64,000 bases of DNA. It comes from Gekko japonicus (lineage: Eukaryota). The notes beneath the pieces are model-generated. The model searched no databases. It was not told where the DNA came from and worked only from the letters and a program-made list of their open reading frames with translations. The DNA is taken from assembly GCF_001447785.1 (NCBI RefSeq), contig NW_015173673.1:1523900-1587899 (forward strand), given 5' to 3'. The first letter of the stretch is position 1; every line of letters starts with the position of its first letter. Positions 26,880-39,544 of the stretch are shown piece by piece. The position numbers were made by a program, and so were the translations under genes.

Positions 26880-27075
26880 TCCAATCTTGTTTGTGATGCA
26901 ATAGGAAGAGTGTTGGACCGGGACATGGAAGAACCAGGTTTGGATCCCCACACTGCCATGAAGCTTGTGGGCTGACTATGGGCCAGTCATATGCTCTCCA
27001 GCTGCAAGGACAGAACAGGAAAGGAGAACTATGTATGCCACCCTGAACTTCTTGAAGGAAGGACAGGGTAAAAAT
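26880..27075 (+). mobile_element. Squam3/MIR-like SINE
   Basis: gagtgttggac...ccaggtttggatccccacactgccatgaagcttgtgggctgactatgggccagtca. Confidence 0.65.
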
Positions 27076-27745
27076 CTTGTTGCTAGATGTAGAGTGCTGT
27101 AGGTTCCCTGGCTTAACCTCCATTTCCTGTCTGTCAGAATGATAATGTGAGAGTTGTGTGCCACTGAAATACTGCAAGGATGCGTAACACTTTTAAAAAC
27201 TTAATAATTAAGGCTCTCTACAACTGAAACTTTCTTAATCATTGAAACCATGGCATACAGCTTAGAGTCAACTCGCAGAGCTCTCTGCAACTAGTAGCAG
27301 TAAAAGTCAGGAGAGGAACTGAATTGAACTTATGTCTGTAGATAGCCATGTTGGTCCACAGAAAAATTCCCAAAACAGATATTCTGTAATGCCTTTTATT
27401 ATGATCAATCAAAATAACAAAAAAGGGGTTTGCAGCATGCTGTTTTTTTGCTATTTTTGCTGGTCCTAGTAAGAAGCAATCCATGGAGGATACAAATGCA
27501 AACTACTTGTAGTTAGCATTAAGGGACAGCTGTTTTGGGTACTTCTAAAAGTCTAATCTTCTTGAGTGGCAGGAAATTGACTATCTTTTAGTGTTGTGTT
27601 AAAATTCCTAATGCGTCCATCCAGGTACATTTCTTCATTGAGACAAGACACTGGACTAGGCAGACTACTGGTTACACCAGAGTGGCTGTTTTATGTTCAG
27701 GGAAGGAAAGCTTATGAGAGTCCAGAAGCTACACCTGACATAATG

Positions 27746-27997
27746 AGAAGAGGAGAAGAGATTGGATTTACACTCAGAGTGGCTTACAATCTCCTTTCCC
27801 TTCCCCTCCCTACAACAGACACTCTGTGACGTAGGTGGGGCTGAGAGAGCTCTTTCAAGAACTGCCCATAAGAGAACAGGCCTGAAAGAATTTATGACTG
27901 ACCCAAGGTCACACCAGCAGCTGCATGTGGAGGAGTGGGGAATCAAACCCAGTTCTCCCAGATTAGAGTCTGTGCTTCTAACCACTACACTAAACTG
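27746..27997 (-). mobile_element. Squam3-like SINE (long form)
   Basis: ctcagagtggcttacaatctccttt...gtaggtggggctgagagagctct...gactgacccaaggtcacaccagcagctgcatgtggaggagtggggaatcaaaccc...taaccactacac. Confidence 0.8.
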
Positions 27998-29299
27998 AGG
28001 AAGCTAGGACGTTCATAAATATAGTATGCCCCCATGGGAAATCAATAAATGAATATATTTTCCAACACATTATGGTGGCAAGACCCACTTGCTGAATCCC
28101 AGATCTGCCCCAAGCATGGGGGGGTGTCCATATTTTTTAAGAGCAAAAGGAGTTCATGTAGGTTAGGGTTTTAAACCCACACTCCATCTACCGTTTGATT
28201 CCCTGCATTTTGTTTCCCCAGATGCTTTTCTGTAGTTCCAGAAATGAGTTTCCAGGAAGAAAAATACTTGCAGGGGGAGAGGTTAAAAGCAAGTAGATAC
28301 AGAAATGGTTCAAGTCACTTTCCCTGTGTATCCCTTTAGCTATAAAAATCAGATGCCCCATCCTCTCTTAAATGCGGCTGTGGAGGGCCAGGAGTCAAAC
28401 GAAAAGGCTGCCATAGTTTTGTGTGGTTTGGGCTTTAAGATGGAGATGGACAGTTCTCAAAGGGGTTAAAAACAACTTGAAAAAGAGGTTTCTTTTCTCA
28501 TGGGCTATACACGCATTTCACTTTTGCTTCTCATAAACGGGTTTTGATTGGTTTTAAAATCCTGCACAACCTGTTTTACCAGAAAAGACACAGTTTCAGA
28601 AGTGATGGTCTCACAAAGCACCTTCAGCTCTCTTAAAAAGAAGAGGATGTCTTCCTCTAATCTCAGTACTTAGGCTGGCATCCATCTGCAAAATAACTGT
28701 TCAACCCAGAGGGTAAAGAACCAACTGTGTGCCAAACTTTTCCTTTTAAAGACTATAACACACATACACACACAAACAAAAAGTTGTGGTTTTTTTATAT
28801 CTGCACATAAATATGTGAATGACTTTGAGTGCCAATTCATCTATCTATCTGGCTGGATATAACATGAGCCAATAAATTTTACATGGTTTAATATTATATT
28901 CCATTTTATAGTTACTAATATGGAGAAAACCTATACCCATGAATCATAATCAAGGAAAATCACATGCGGTGCAACCATCCTAAGCACACTGGCCATAAAA
29001 TACTAATAATCATACATATTCAGAAATAAATCTCTGTTGAGCTCTATAGAACATCCCATCTACTAACCACACTTAAAATTGAAACCATCCTAGTAAATTC
29101 TACTGAACTAGGCAGAATTTGCTTCTGAAATATATGTTTAGGATTGGGCTGTTATTACCACAGAGTCTCAAAGGTCCATAGAACTAGTTCTTATCCAATC
29201 CCCTATCTAAAAAGCAAGCCCACCACCAGCCCCCACAGAGCCTAGGTGCAAGGGGAGGGTTATATTACAATCACAACAAATTCCCGAAGGAATTGCACT

Positions 29300-29730
29300 C
29301 AGATCCTGCACATAATTACCCCCGGCCCAAAGGACATCCGCTTAGCCTCAACCAGGGACTGGGCTTTTTCTGCCCTGGCTCCGGCCTGGTGGAATCACCA
29401 TCTTACAGGGCTCTGTAAGACCTTCTACCGTTCCACAGGGCCTGCAAAATGGAGCTGTTCCGCCAGGCCTTTGGGTGAGGTGGCAGTTGTCCATCTCAGT
29501 TGGCCTCCCTATTCTAGTTCCCAGCCTGCTGAAAGGGCCTATTTGATTCCACTTTGTGGCCCCAACAGACTTATATGAAAGTGTTGCTACCTGTGCAATT
29601 TTATTGTGTATTGTTTTAATTATGGTTTTATTGCAATGAGTCTTACACTCATTTTTTTGTGATCCACCCTGAGCCCGCTTTGGGGAGGGCAGAATAAAAA
29701 TCTCAAAATTAAAAAATAAAGATTAAAAAA
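29300..29730 (+). mobile_element. L2-type LINE 3' fragment
   Basis: gggctttttctgccctggctccggcctggtggaat...ctgttccgccaggcctttgg...gatccaccctgagccc...ggagggcagaataaaaa followed by an A-rich tail. Confidence 0.7.
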
Positions 29731-29928
29731 AGAATTGCTCAGAAGCACATCCATCTGATTGCAAGGGACTGCAGCCTATGACCGTTGCCTTATGTTACAC
29801 TTAACTTTCTCTACATTTATACCCTCTGTGTCTGTTCAGAGACATATGACTATACATTTAAATGATTAACTTACAAGTAATGAGTAACTTATAAACTCAA
29901 CCATTTGAGATGGCAGTATGGGTTAGGC

Positions 29929-30533
29929 CAGGGGTGGCCAAACTGTGGCTCAGGAGCCACATGTGGCTCTTTCACACATGTTGTGTGGCTCCTGGCAGGG
30001 CAGCTGGGGAAGTGAAAGGGAGGCATGCCCTCCCCGATTGGTCTTCCCTTCCCCACCCAGTGTTCCCCTCCCTGGGTAGGCTTGAGGTGGGGGGAAGCAG
30101 AGAAAGAAAGCAACTTTAACTTTAAATGTGTTCTCAAAGTCCCCCCCCTCCAGCTGGCTTGGAGAAGGCATGTGTCTCTTTAAACCCCTTCTCCAAGCCG
30201 CCATTCGGCAGGGGGAGGGCTTGGAGGACACATTTAAAGTTGTTTTCTTTCCATCTCTCACTCCCTCTCCCATCTATTTGCTTTCTTTCCACTTTCTTTC
30301 CACCTTTCTTTCTTTCTCCCCTCCTTCCCCATCTAAACTTAAATGTGTTCTCCAAGCCCCGCCACACCAGCAGACTGGTTCGGCTCAAAGAAGACATTTG
30401 TCTCTTTAATTTAATTTAATATGCAAATTTGCATATTTTTCAATTAGAACATGTGTGTTCATGCCTTGTGGCTCTCAAACATCTGACGTTTATTCTATGT
30501 GGCTCTTACGTTAATCAAGTTTGGCCACCCCTG
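29929..30533. mobile_element. hAT (Charlie-like) non-autonomous element
   Basis: TIR caggggtggccaaact / agtttggccacccctg; TSD ggttaggc / ggttaggg. Confidence 0.9.
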
Positions 30534-31667
30534 GGTTAGGGCTTTAAAGCCACAGTCTGCTCTGTGCTGGGGTGTCTAGTTCATGCCACTGTATCATTAG
30601 CCTTGATTGTATCAGAATTTGAACTCAATCTAGACACTCAGTTCCCATTCAGGTGCACAGGGGTCAGAGATACCTTGGTGCATGCCCTGCGTCTTTTGTC
30701 CTAAATGCTCACATGGATGACGGGGGAGGAATGTTACATAGGGGATACTGCAGAGTGAGGAACAGAGTTGCCACCTCCTCCCCCCTCAAAAACACACACA
30801 AAAAAATACAAAAAAACTGTGGAGTTTTAATTCCTACAGGAATTCAACAAGTGCAGATCAGATGCAGCTCTGTCATGCAGTTTTATTCCAGAAAAAATAT
30901 ATAACAATTTAATTTCTGCTTGCCATGCAGCTATTAACAGCACAGAGATTCTAGCTATCTGGACAGAAATAACTAGAATAATTGAAGATAATGGTTTTGC
31001 GTCTACCAGTTCCATTTTGATGAGGCTTCTAAAAGATGTTGGTAAAACAAAAACATGAGAAATAGATCTTTAACTTCCTAACAGTTGCAAAAATATTCAC
31101 TGAACAATTTTAGAACCCAAATACTTTCCTAGCTGTGAAAGTGTGGCTCTGTAAAGCACTGGATATTTTTTGCATGATGTAAATTGCCTATCTGATCAGA
31201 CTGAGAGATGGTAGAATTCTAAAGTTAGATGGAGTAAAAAAGATGGAATTCATGTGTTGTATTCTGCAACAAATGAATTTGTCGGAAGACGATCACTATA
31301 ATTCTGGACTCAGGCCTTTTAGCAATATAGTAGTAATTATGAGTGATAGATGAAACGGATGATGGATGCAAGAATCTATTAATTATGATAGCTCAATATT
31401 ATAATTCAAATTATTGCTAATTGTGCATAATGTGTTCCAGATAAACCATTGCATTGGAATGAATCTTGATAAAATTGATTTGAACTTTTTTTTTTAATAA
31501 AAGGGTTGGATTTCCTCTCAGGAAAAAAGTGGAAACTCCAAGAAGCATAATCAGTACTTAACTGCCAAACTGAAAGATACTGATAGTCAGACCCTGTAAC
31601 AGACCAGAGATGCACTGTGTGTGTGTGGGGGGGGGGGTGTCAATGTAATCTTGTCATTACTCATGTA

Positions 31668-31871
31668 TAGGGTCACCAACCTCCAGGTGGTAGTTAGAGA
31701 CCTCCCGCTATTACAATTGACCAAGATCAGTTCCCCTGGAGAAAATTGTTTTGGAGGGTGTACTCTATGGCATTATACCCTGCTGAGGTCCCTCCCCTCC
31801 CCAAACCCCACCCTTGCTAAGCTCCACCCCCAAATCTCCAGGTATTTCCCAACCCAGAGTTGGCAACCCTA
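31668..31871. mobile_element. hAT (Blackjack-like) MITE
   Basis: TIR tagggtcaccaac / gttggcaacccta; TSD ctcatgta / ctcattga. Confidence 0.8.
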
Positions 31872-32148
31872 CTCATTGATAAAGGAAATGCACTTTGCCC
31901 TTGCTCAGAAGCAGCCATTACCCACTTTTTTCTTCAAGTTTCAGGGCAGTGAAAACAGACTCTGGGATTAACCTCAGGAGTGCCTGAATTAAGATTTGCC
32001 CAGGGCTTAATCTGAGCTGGGATTTACCAGGACTCAGTGGTGGATCCTGTTTTTAAGGCAAAGGCACAAGCCCAGAATATGTGAAGTTAAGATACCGCCT
32101 TGGAACATGCACAGAGTGCCTTTCCCTTTCCACTAGAGGATGGTTCAT

Positions 32149-32201
32149 ACACACACACACACACACAGAGAGAGAGAGACAGAGAGAGACAGAGAGAGAG
32201 A
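32149..32201. repeat. compound (AC)n(AG)n microsatellite
   Basis: Directly visible. Confidence 0.95.
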
Positions 32202-32779
32202 TCAGCTGATTTCTCTACATTTGATTTATTAATATATACTGTGTGAGAGCTACTGAAATTATGTTTGAGAGTGTATGAAAGTTCCAGGTGTCTTATGGCC
32301 CATTCACACATGCAAATTATAACCATGAAATGCTGAACATATATATGTGAACCATCCCAAAGGAACAGTTCACAACATGGGTACCATTAAGGGAGAAAGA
32401 CTCTAGCTGAGCGGTTTGCATGACATCCAGTTAGGCTTACAGCCCAGCACCTGCCTTTTGGAGAATTTAGAAATTTAATCCTGAAAAACAAACCACTGCC
32501 TCTGCCTTGAATAAAGTTCTCACCACAGGCAGTTATAGCAGGAAGCCTTAAATCTTCTTTTGGACAATGCACTCCTTTTGCTCTCACTGGAGATGGGATA
32601 TCTAGAGCATCAGAGCGGTCCACAATGACCTAGGCAAAGCCAGGCTGAGTAACGGGGGTGGGAATGAGGAGAGGCAGAGAGTGGCAGGCAGTTCCTAATA
32701 CCTTAGGGAAGGACAGGATCATTCTACAACAGGATTTGAAACTGATCAACTCTCTAGCCCAGCCATCCAGAGCAGCCGG

Positions 32780-32958
32780 CTAAGTCTCTGTGGCTGTCAG
32801 CTTAACTCTGCCGCTGGTTCCTGTGGGGTAGGGGAGTTAAATAGGACACAGACTGAGAGACGAGCAAGCCTGTTTGCTGGGAGTCAAGGAGGCAGAGAGA
32901 GAGAGAGGGAAGAAGGTGGAATTGGCTAGAGACCAGGTGGGAAGCAGAGTCTTGCCCG
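32780..32958 (+). promoter_or_regulatory. candidate proximal promoter / non-coding first exon of LRTM2
   Basis: TATA-like TTAAATA at about 32837, then about 100 nt of purine-rich sequence ending at the consensus donor ccg|GTAAGT (GT at 32959), 2.8 kb upstream of the acceptor at 35733. Confidence 0.5.
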
Positions 32959-34724
32959 GTAAGTGTTCCTGCGTCGCTCTGAAGAAGAGGAGAGGAAAGA
33001 ATGCTCTTTTCAAGGCTGCTTTGGGGACTGGCAAAGAGCTGTGGGGTGGAAGCCCTGAGCTGTGGCAGGCACAAGGGGGTGAGAAGCTTTTAGTGCCAGG
33101 AGAGATTCCGGCTCAGTTTTATTTGGGGAAGATGGGGTGTGTTGTGTGTTTGTGTGTGTGGAGGGGTGATCTTTTGTCAACGTTCTTAATATCTTTCACC
33201 TCAGCATCCTCCTGTGAGATTATCTCTCAACAGCTTTCGCAGACCACACCAAATCCTCTCGCCCTCTGTGCTGTGTGAATTTAAGAGCCTTTGGGAGGAT
33301 TTGATTGCCCATCAAAATAAATGAATGAGGGGAGGTAAGAACAGGAGGAGGAGGGGAAAGTGACGGACATGGACCGAGCTTCGGGCATATTATACAAATC
33401 TAAAAATAAAGCCAAAAGGAAGACATAACATCTTCCAGGAGCAGGCGCGGGAGGGATGGGGAAGGAGGGGGTGAGTGGGAGAAGTCCGAGTCTAGTGGGA
33501 ATTCTTGCCGGGCTAAGCTAATGGTGGGTGGGTTGCAAAACTACCCTGCTTGAACCTAAAACAACAGAAGGAGGAGCTGTGAACGGTGCTTCTAAGAAAC
33601 AGTGGCCCCTCCCTCCCATTCCTTCCCTGCTTTTGGCAGCTGAAGGGCAGGGAGAGAACCTGTTGTCATGGTGGCTTATCAGCAGAGGACCGCTGATCAT
33701 CTTGGGGGGGGGGGTCTGATTTAAATGCTCACTCCCCTCCCTCTTTTATTCAAATATAATTCCCCCCCCCCACATCTTGCTTTTCGTTTCTAGGCTTTTG
33801 AGCTGCTGCACAATTAAGATCCCCATAGCCCCATGTTGGAGATGGGCATCCCTGTAATGGGCATCATACCCCTGTGGACACCCGAAGGGATGAGAGGGGA
33901 AGGAAGCTTGGCAGCACAAGCAACCCAAGTCTGTTCCTTGGGGCACATTGGTTCACCTCTTATTATTTTCCCCCAGGGGCTTTACAGCACTGCTTTCAGT
34001 GTATCTCACCCCTCCTGCAAGCCATGCAGTGCTGATGTGGCATCACAGCTGACCAAAGGAAATCAGCAGGTCAAGTGACACAGTCTGGGCTCAGAACTTG
34101 GAACTTGTATTGAATGCTGGAGTGCTCTGAATGCCTTGGAAATGTGCAGGGCTGCTTCAAACATGTATATATCGCTGGCTTTCCCTCCACTTGATTACTG
34201 TATCCTTGGTGATGGGCAGCTGATTGTGTGAACTGACTCCATGAAAAGCATTTATTCCAAAGTGACATTCGACTCCCTTCCTTTGCTGTTCGATCAGTTC
34301 ATACGTGTGAGTCGTCATTTATATTCTGAATCATCAATTGATGAACATGCGAGTGTGAATTCGGGTGCCTCTGAGCACCAGAATGGCTCCTTCTTCCCAG
34401 TGATTCCCTGGGAGCACCAGGGATTAAACAGCAGGGCAACCAACTCAGAAGGGTTAGCTTCCAGGCTGGCTTAAGCCTGTCTGATGTTTCAAATTAACTG
34501 GTGGGTGGCTGTCTGAACAGAAAAGGGGCACCTAAGATCCTGTACAACATAGTATCTGACAAAGAAGGTACAACTCCTAAAGACGCTGCTGTGTAATCAT
34601 GGCTTGTGAGGCCTGGGATCAAGGCAGCATTTTTAGTGAGAAAAGAAGGGCTGGCTTTGGATGGCTTTAGCCTCGGTGGCAATCAATTTCTGATAACCAG
34701 TCCTGTGTATAACACACCAGTCCG

Positions 34725-34840
34725 GAAGTGGCAAATGACCGGTTGAGCAAACTCCAGAGGACAACGAAAAACAGAAGGGCTTGGCATGATGTGGTCGATG
34801 GGGTTGTGAAGAGTCGGACTCGACTGTGTGACTGAACAAC
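34725..34840 (+). mobile_element. RTE/BovB 3' terminal fragment
   Basis: ggcttggcatgatgtggtcgatggggttgtgaagagtcggactcgactgtgtgactgaacaac matches the BovB 3' end. Confidence 0.75.
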
Positions 34841-35817
34841 TAGCTCAAAAATCAAATAAATAGGAATACAGAAAATTCAAATGTTTCCTCTAAGGCCTCC
34901 CCCCACACCCCGGTTTTTGGTGCTTTCCACTGTGCAGGCAGGTGATTGGGCAAAAGAAAAAAATTATGCCAACACTCTTCCAGCTTACAATGTCAGAGAG
35001 TAAAGTGCAGCTTCCCTTCCCTAAGTGCACATTTGTTTCTCATTAGCTGTACATGGTATGCCCATCTTCCCTCAAGGCTGCATCTGTATTTTCTCCATGC
35101 TTAAAACTAAAATATTTTGGATCTGGGAAAATGCAACACTTCAGGTAGAAAAATCACTGTTATTGCAGTTGCTGTGAGGAACATGGCTCCAGGGAATGTC
35201 ATGGACACATATGGGTTATTGTTTGTGGTGTGTTCATTGATCAGCAGTACCACTTGAACCCCACCCATGGACCCACAATGCCGATCTTTGTTTAGTTTAT
35301 GTATTTAGGCTGTGAAATCTCCTGCTTGGTAATCTGGGCTCCCTGCTTAATATTTGGTTATGTCATGTCGGTGAGTTGGCAGGGCTGGTCTTAGCATTGC
35401 TGCTGGTCCCTCCAGCCAACTCCATGATCTGCCTGACTCTATCTGGTTGTCCACCACCACTACCTACTGGGAAACATTTCAAAAAAGGCTTCCTAGAACA
35501 ACTGGTGTCACCATTCTAGGAAATCTGCATGTGGTACACACAACTAACATGAAGGCATTCCTCCCCCCTTGCAAATGTTGTGTTTGGGCAGGTTTGTTTG
35601 TTTTTTACTTTTTAAACACGCCTCACCTCTCCTGCTAGTAAGATGCCTCCCTGCATTAGGCCAGCTAACTTCACTGAAGTATAATTTTATTAGAGAGTCA
35701 ACTGCCATTCTTTCCTATGTTTTTGTCTTCCAGATTAACCAGACTGTTCTGCCTGCAACAGTGTGCGCCAGCCTGGCTGGCGGGCACGAGACACCGTGGG
35801 GAAAAACAGTGACCATC

Positions 35818-35884
35818 ATGTTGTCTCTGAGTGGAGGCTATTGGTGGAGAAATACACTTTCTGCGAGATGGAGAGAAGCTAGCC
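35818..35884 (+). CDS. LRTM2: LRTM2 coding exon 1 (start codon, signal peptide N-region); exon probably begins at 35734
   Basis: Acceptor ttttgtcttccAG|35734; accatcATG with A at -3. Encodes MLSLSGGYWWRNTLSARWREAS plus 1 nt, then donor c|GTAAGT. The 67-nt phase-1 end joins in frame to 42958 and resembles the human N-terminus (MLAPG...LQWRQVS). Confidence 0.88.
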
Positions 35885-35924
35885 GTAAGTACTGCTCACC
35901 TGAAAGATTATTTATTATATAAGC

Positions 35925-36236
35925 AGTCAGTCTCTGCAACCTAAATAACGGTAAAGAAATCAAAATGCTTCCATTTTAATAGTGAGGATTTCACCCTAGC
36001 TTTCAAATTTGGGGATATGCAATAAGGGATAAGAGATGTAGTGACAGAGGGAAAAGATACAGTGTTTAGTAGCAAAACAAAGTCAGTCTCTGCAACCTAA
36101 ATAATGGTAAAGAAATCAAAATGTTTCCATTTTAATAGTGAGGATTCCACCCTAGCTTTCAAATTTGGGGATATGCAATAAGGGATAAGAGATGTAGTGA
36201 CAGAGAGAAAAGATACAGTGTTTAGTAGCAATACAA
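35925..36236. repeat. 156-bp tandem duplication (2 units)
   Basis: 35925-36080 versus 36081-36236, 5 substitutions. Confidence 0.95.
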
Positions 36237-36483
36237 TGATTAATATGTATTCAAGGGTTCTTGTTCCAATGGGTTGGAAGTGGGAAATGACCAGACATCT
36301 TGGTGGTCAATCAACATTTTAAAAAAATATATACATTTGCATGATGACACTGGAAAATGCGTACTGCAGACTGGTGCAAAGATTAATTCTGCCCTCATCA
36401 AAAAATTCCACACCCACTACTTTGTAGAGCAGGAAAGGCCACATGAAAGCCCTGGTGCTATGTTAAAGATGATCAATGCCAAT

Positions 36484-36577
36484 AATAGAACAATGTTTGA
36501 GTCCAGTGGAAACTTTAAGACCAACAAAGCTTAATTCGGGGTATAAGCCTTCATGTGCATGCACACTTCTTCAGTAC
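36484..36577 (-). mobile_element. Penelope-like terminal-repeat remnant with hammerhead-like motif
   Basis: The - strand reads gta-CTGAAGA-a-gtgtgcatgcacat-GAAG-gcttatacc...tttgttggtcttaaagtttccactggactcaaac. Confidence 0.75.
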
Positions 36578-36693
36578 ATCCCAAAGACCACATCTGTTGA
36601 TCAATCAGTGCCATGTGTTCACCAGACCATTCAATAGTCACATTTTTGAAGACTGTAATTCAAATTAGAACTGGTCCTCTACTGTGCTGTACA

Positions 36694-37799
36694 CAGGGCT
36701 GGCCCGAGGTATTTTCGCGCCCTAGGCGGGGCTACCTTGTGGTGCCCCCCCAGGTGAGCTTGTCCAGGGGGTCCCGGCACAGTTCCTCGGCCCCCGCCGA
36801 GCAGAGGCGCCGCAAGAGCCTGGCCGGGTGCCCCAAAGTGGCCAGGTAAGGGAGGGGGTGCGGGTGGAGAGGCTGCAAGACTCACCAGTGCTCACTGCCC
36901 GGTGCACCCGCGCCCTCTCAGCTTTGACAGTGGGGACGAGCAGCCCTCCTTGGCGGGTGGCAGCAGCAGCACAATCAGCACTGTCTGGCCCAGCCCGGCA
37001 GCCAATTCGGGTGCCCCGCGCCCTCCCACCCAGCCCTGGAACCGAGAGGAGGAGGGGGAGCGCACGGCCAGGCACACTGGCCAAGGCGAGGATGACGTGG
37101 TGGGGCTCACTCACGCGGGGAGTTCCAGCGGGCAGGCAAATGGTAGCCCCTCCCCGAAGGGAGACAGACAGGCCAGTCCTCCCTCCCTCCTTCGGCGACT
37201 GAGCCCTGCTGCCCGGACCCAAGAGCAGCTGCGGCATCTGGTCAGAGGCTGCCCTTCTGCCCCAGAGCCTGCCAGCTGCCGACCCTAGGTGGGTGGGAAG
37301 GAGGGAGGGAGGGGGTGCTGCTGCTGCTGCGGTTGGGCCGGGAAGCGCCAGAAGGTGGGCAGCCTCCTCCGATGGCGCTTAGATGTGCCGCTCTCAGGGA
37401 GCTTCCGCCCAGTCCGCCCGCCCCCAAGGAGGGAGGGGGGAGAGCAGGCGAGCTGTGACGCTGCCTCCTGTACCCAGGCCGGGGGTCCCACTGCTGCTGC
37501 TGCTCCTGCTGGCGGTGGTGGCGGTGAGTCCCTTCGGCCTGGGGCTGGAGGGGAGGCACCATGGGTGCACCTCTTTCCAGGCAAGCCTGTAGCGGGACCC
37601 ACTCCTCCACCCCTGCGGCTCCCGGGATTCACTCTGGGGCAGGGGGGCTTTTGGCAGTGGGACCCGCTCCTCCACCCCTGTGGCGCCCGGGACTCACTCT
37701 GGGGCAGGGGGGGGCTTTTGGCGGTGGTGAGGGCCCCCCCGATCCAGGGCTCGCGCTCTAGGCGAACACCTAATTCGCCTAGCAGGTGAGCCGGCCCTG
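36694..37799. mobile_element. GC-rich non-autonomous hAT element (1.1 kb)
   Basis: TIR cagggctggc / gccggccctg; TSD gctgtaca (36686-36693) / gctgaaca (37800-37807); subterminal ctaggcg motifs; internal imperfect repeats of about 60 bp at 37595-37725. Confidence 0.85.
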
Positions 37800-39544
37800 G
37801 CTGAACATTTATGATAGTCACAAGTGTTAAAAATGCCCAAGGGGCTAACATCCACATGATATCAACTGTGGAAACCATCTATGTTAAATTAAGGACTGAA
37901 TCCCTGAAGCTATTGTTTTTGGTGATTCTGGCAGTGTGAAATTGAAGAGGTTGTGATGTTAAAGAATTGTTAAGTAATCAGGCATAGTGGTGGAACAAGA
38001 GCACGAAGTTAAAATGGATGCATACCTGCACTCTTCTGTCCCATTTACAGCTTCTAAATGAATTTATTTTACTTGCTTCTCAATGAAGCCGAATCCCTGC
38101 TGGAGCATCAGCTCACTCTTCTAAAAATGCAGAGGCTCCCTAGCAGGAGCAGTAGAAATAAAGGGAGGGTAAATGTACTTCAATGAACCACCAGACAATC
38201 TCTGCAGTACATTATGAAAAGGGCCCTTTACATTAATGAGGATACATGCAGCTAAAGCTGAGTGGGGGGTATAGACTCTCACCAAAAAGTAAGACCAGGG
38301 GTCAGAATGCAAGATGCCAATGGAATCTGCTGAGTGAACTCTTTCCTTTTGCCCAGGAGCCTCGCCTTTGTTATATGCCCTTGCCTCCTAGATTGCTGTT
38401 ATCAATTATTTACTCTAAATGCCACTGAGCCCCAGACTAATCTTATATTCTTGGATCATCTTACTAGAGTTCTGAACACCCCCACAAAGTAACGTTATCT
38501 TTTCTTGACATAAGAGCATACAGTATGCTGAATATTTCACTTAGACTATTGTTTAGCTTCTGCTATTCATTGGATGAAAACAACATTCTATCTAGCTGCC
38601 CCCTTGAGCAGCCACAAATAAAATGGCTTTTCAGATCATGTATCTGAAATCCCTACCAAACCACACTGTGGCCTTAGCATTGTTTTTGCACAATTGATAA
38701 TATCGGAACTGATGTTTTCTGGTAACATAAGGAATGAAACTCTTTTGATCACCCTGTCACCTCTAGAGTCAGTGTAAATTAAATTCTGGGTACATCTTGC
38801 ACCCATATTCCTGGAGGTCATGTTGACATTTAATCATTAATGGTGGTATCCTCGGACAGGGGCTAGCTGAGAAGAAGGTAGTAATGAAACACACAGAGAA
38901 AAGTGTCACCCGTATAACCTTTCCTGACATATTCTCACCTTTCCGCTAAATGTTATCTCATCATCACAGATATCACTGTATTATTAATATTGTACTTCTG
39001 TCAAGCATCCATAAAATCAGGATCACCTGAGTGACTCATGTCAGCTTTCCTTCACTCTTGTTCTTTCAAGCACCATCCTACATTCATGCCTTGAGTGGAA
39101 TTAGATACCTCCAGCCAGACTGTCTGCTTTGGTGCCAAGATCTGTTTTCAGGGCACCAAACATCCACTGCTGATCCTGACCTGTGCTTGATATCAAGGCA
39201 AATAAGAGGTCTGAAAGTACAGACTTCTCTAATTTTGGGCCATGCTACCTGAGCCATAACTTATGTTAGGAGAGCAAGAGCACTAACGAGCATCTGTGCA
39301 CAATGGAAGAGACAACTTGTCCTACAAATTAGATTCTATTCTGAACTTTAAATGACTTCACCGCCACCATTATCTCACAAATCTAATACCAAAACTCATT
39401 TGGAAACGTGAATCTGGAGACAAAGAACAGAAAATAACAGAGGAGCCAAAAGCAGGATTTACTGGAAGAAAAGGATGGCCACGTTAGGCAGTGATATTCA
39501 ATCCCACATTCACATTCAGTGACTTTGGAATTTACTCCAATCTA

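Noticed and set aside
36613-37878. Cluster of 120-200 aa overlapping ORFs
   Set aside because: Stop-poor, GC-rich interior of a non-autonomous hAT element; low-complexity translations with no domain.
39483-39530. - strand peptide KSLNVNVGLNITA*R resembling the start of an L1 ORF2 endonuclease (SWNVNGLN)
   Set aside because: It lies outside the TSD and A tail of the ORF1 element, has no ATG or continuation, and joins the other flank as pre-insertion sequence. Probably coincidental.
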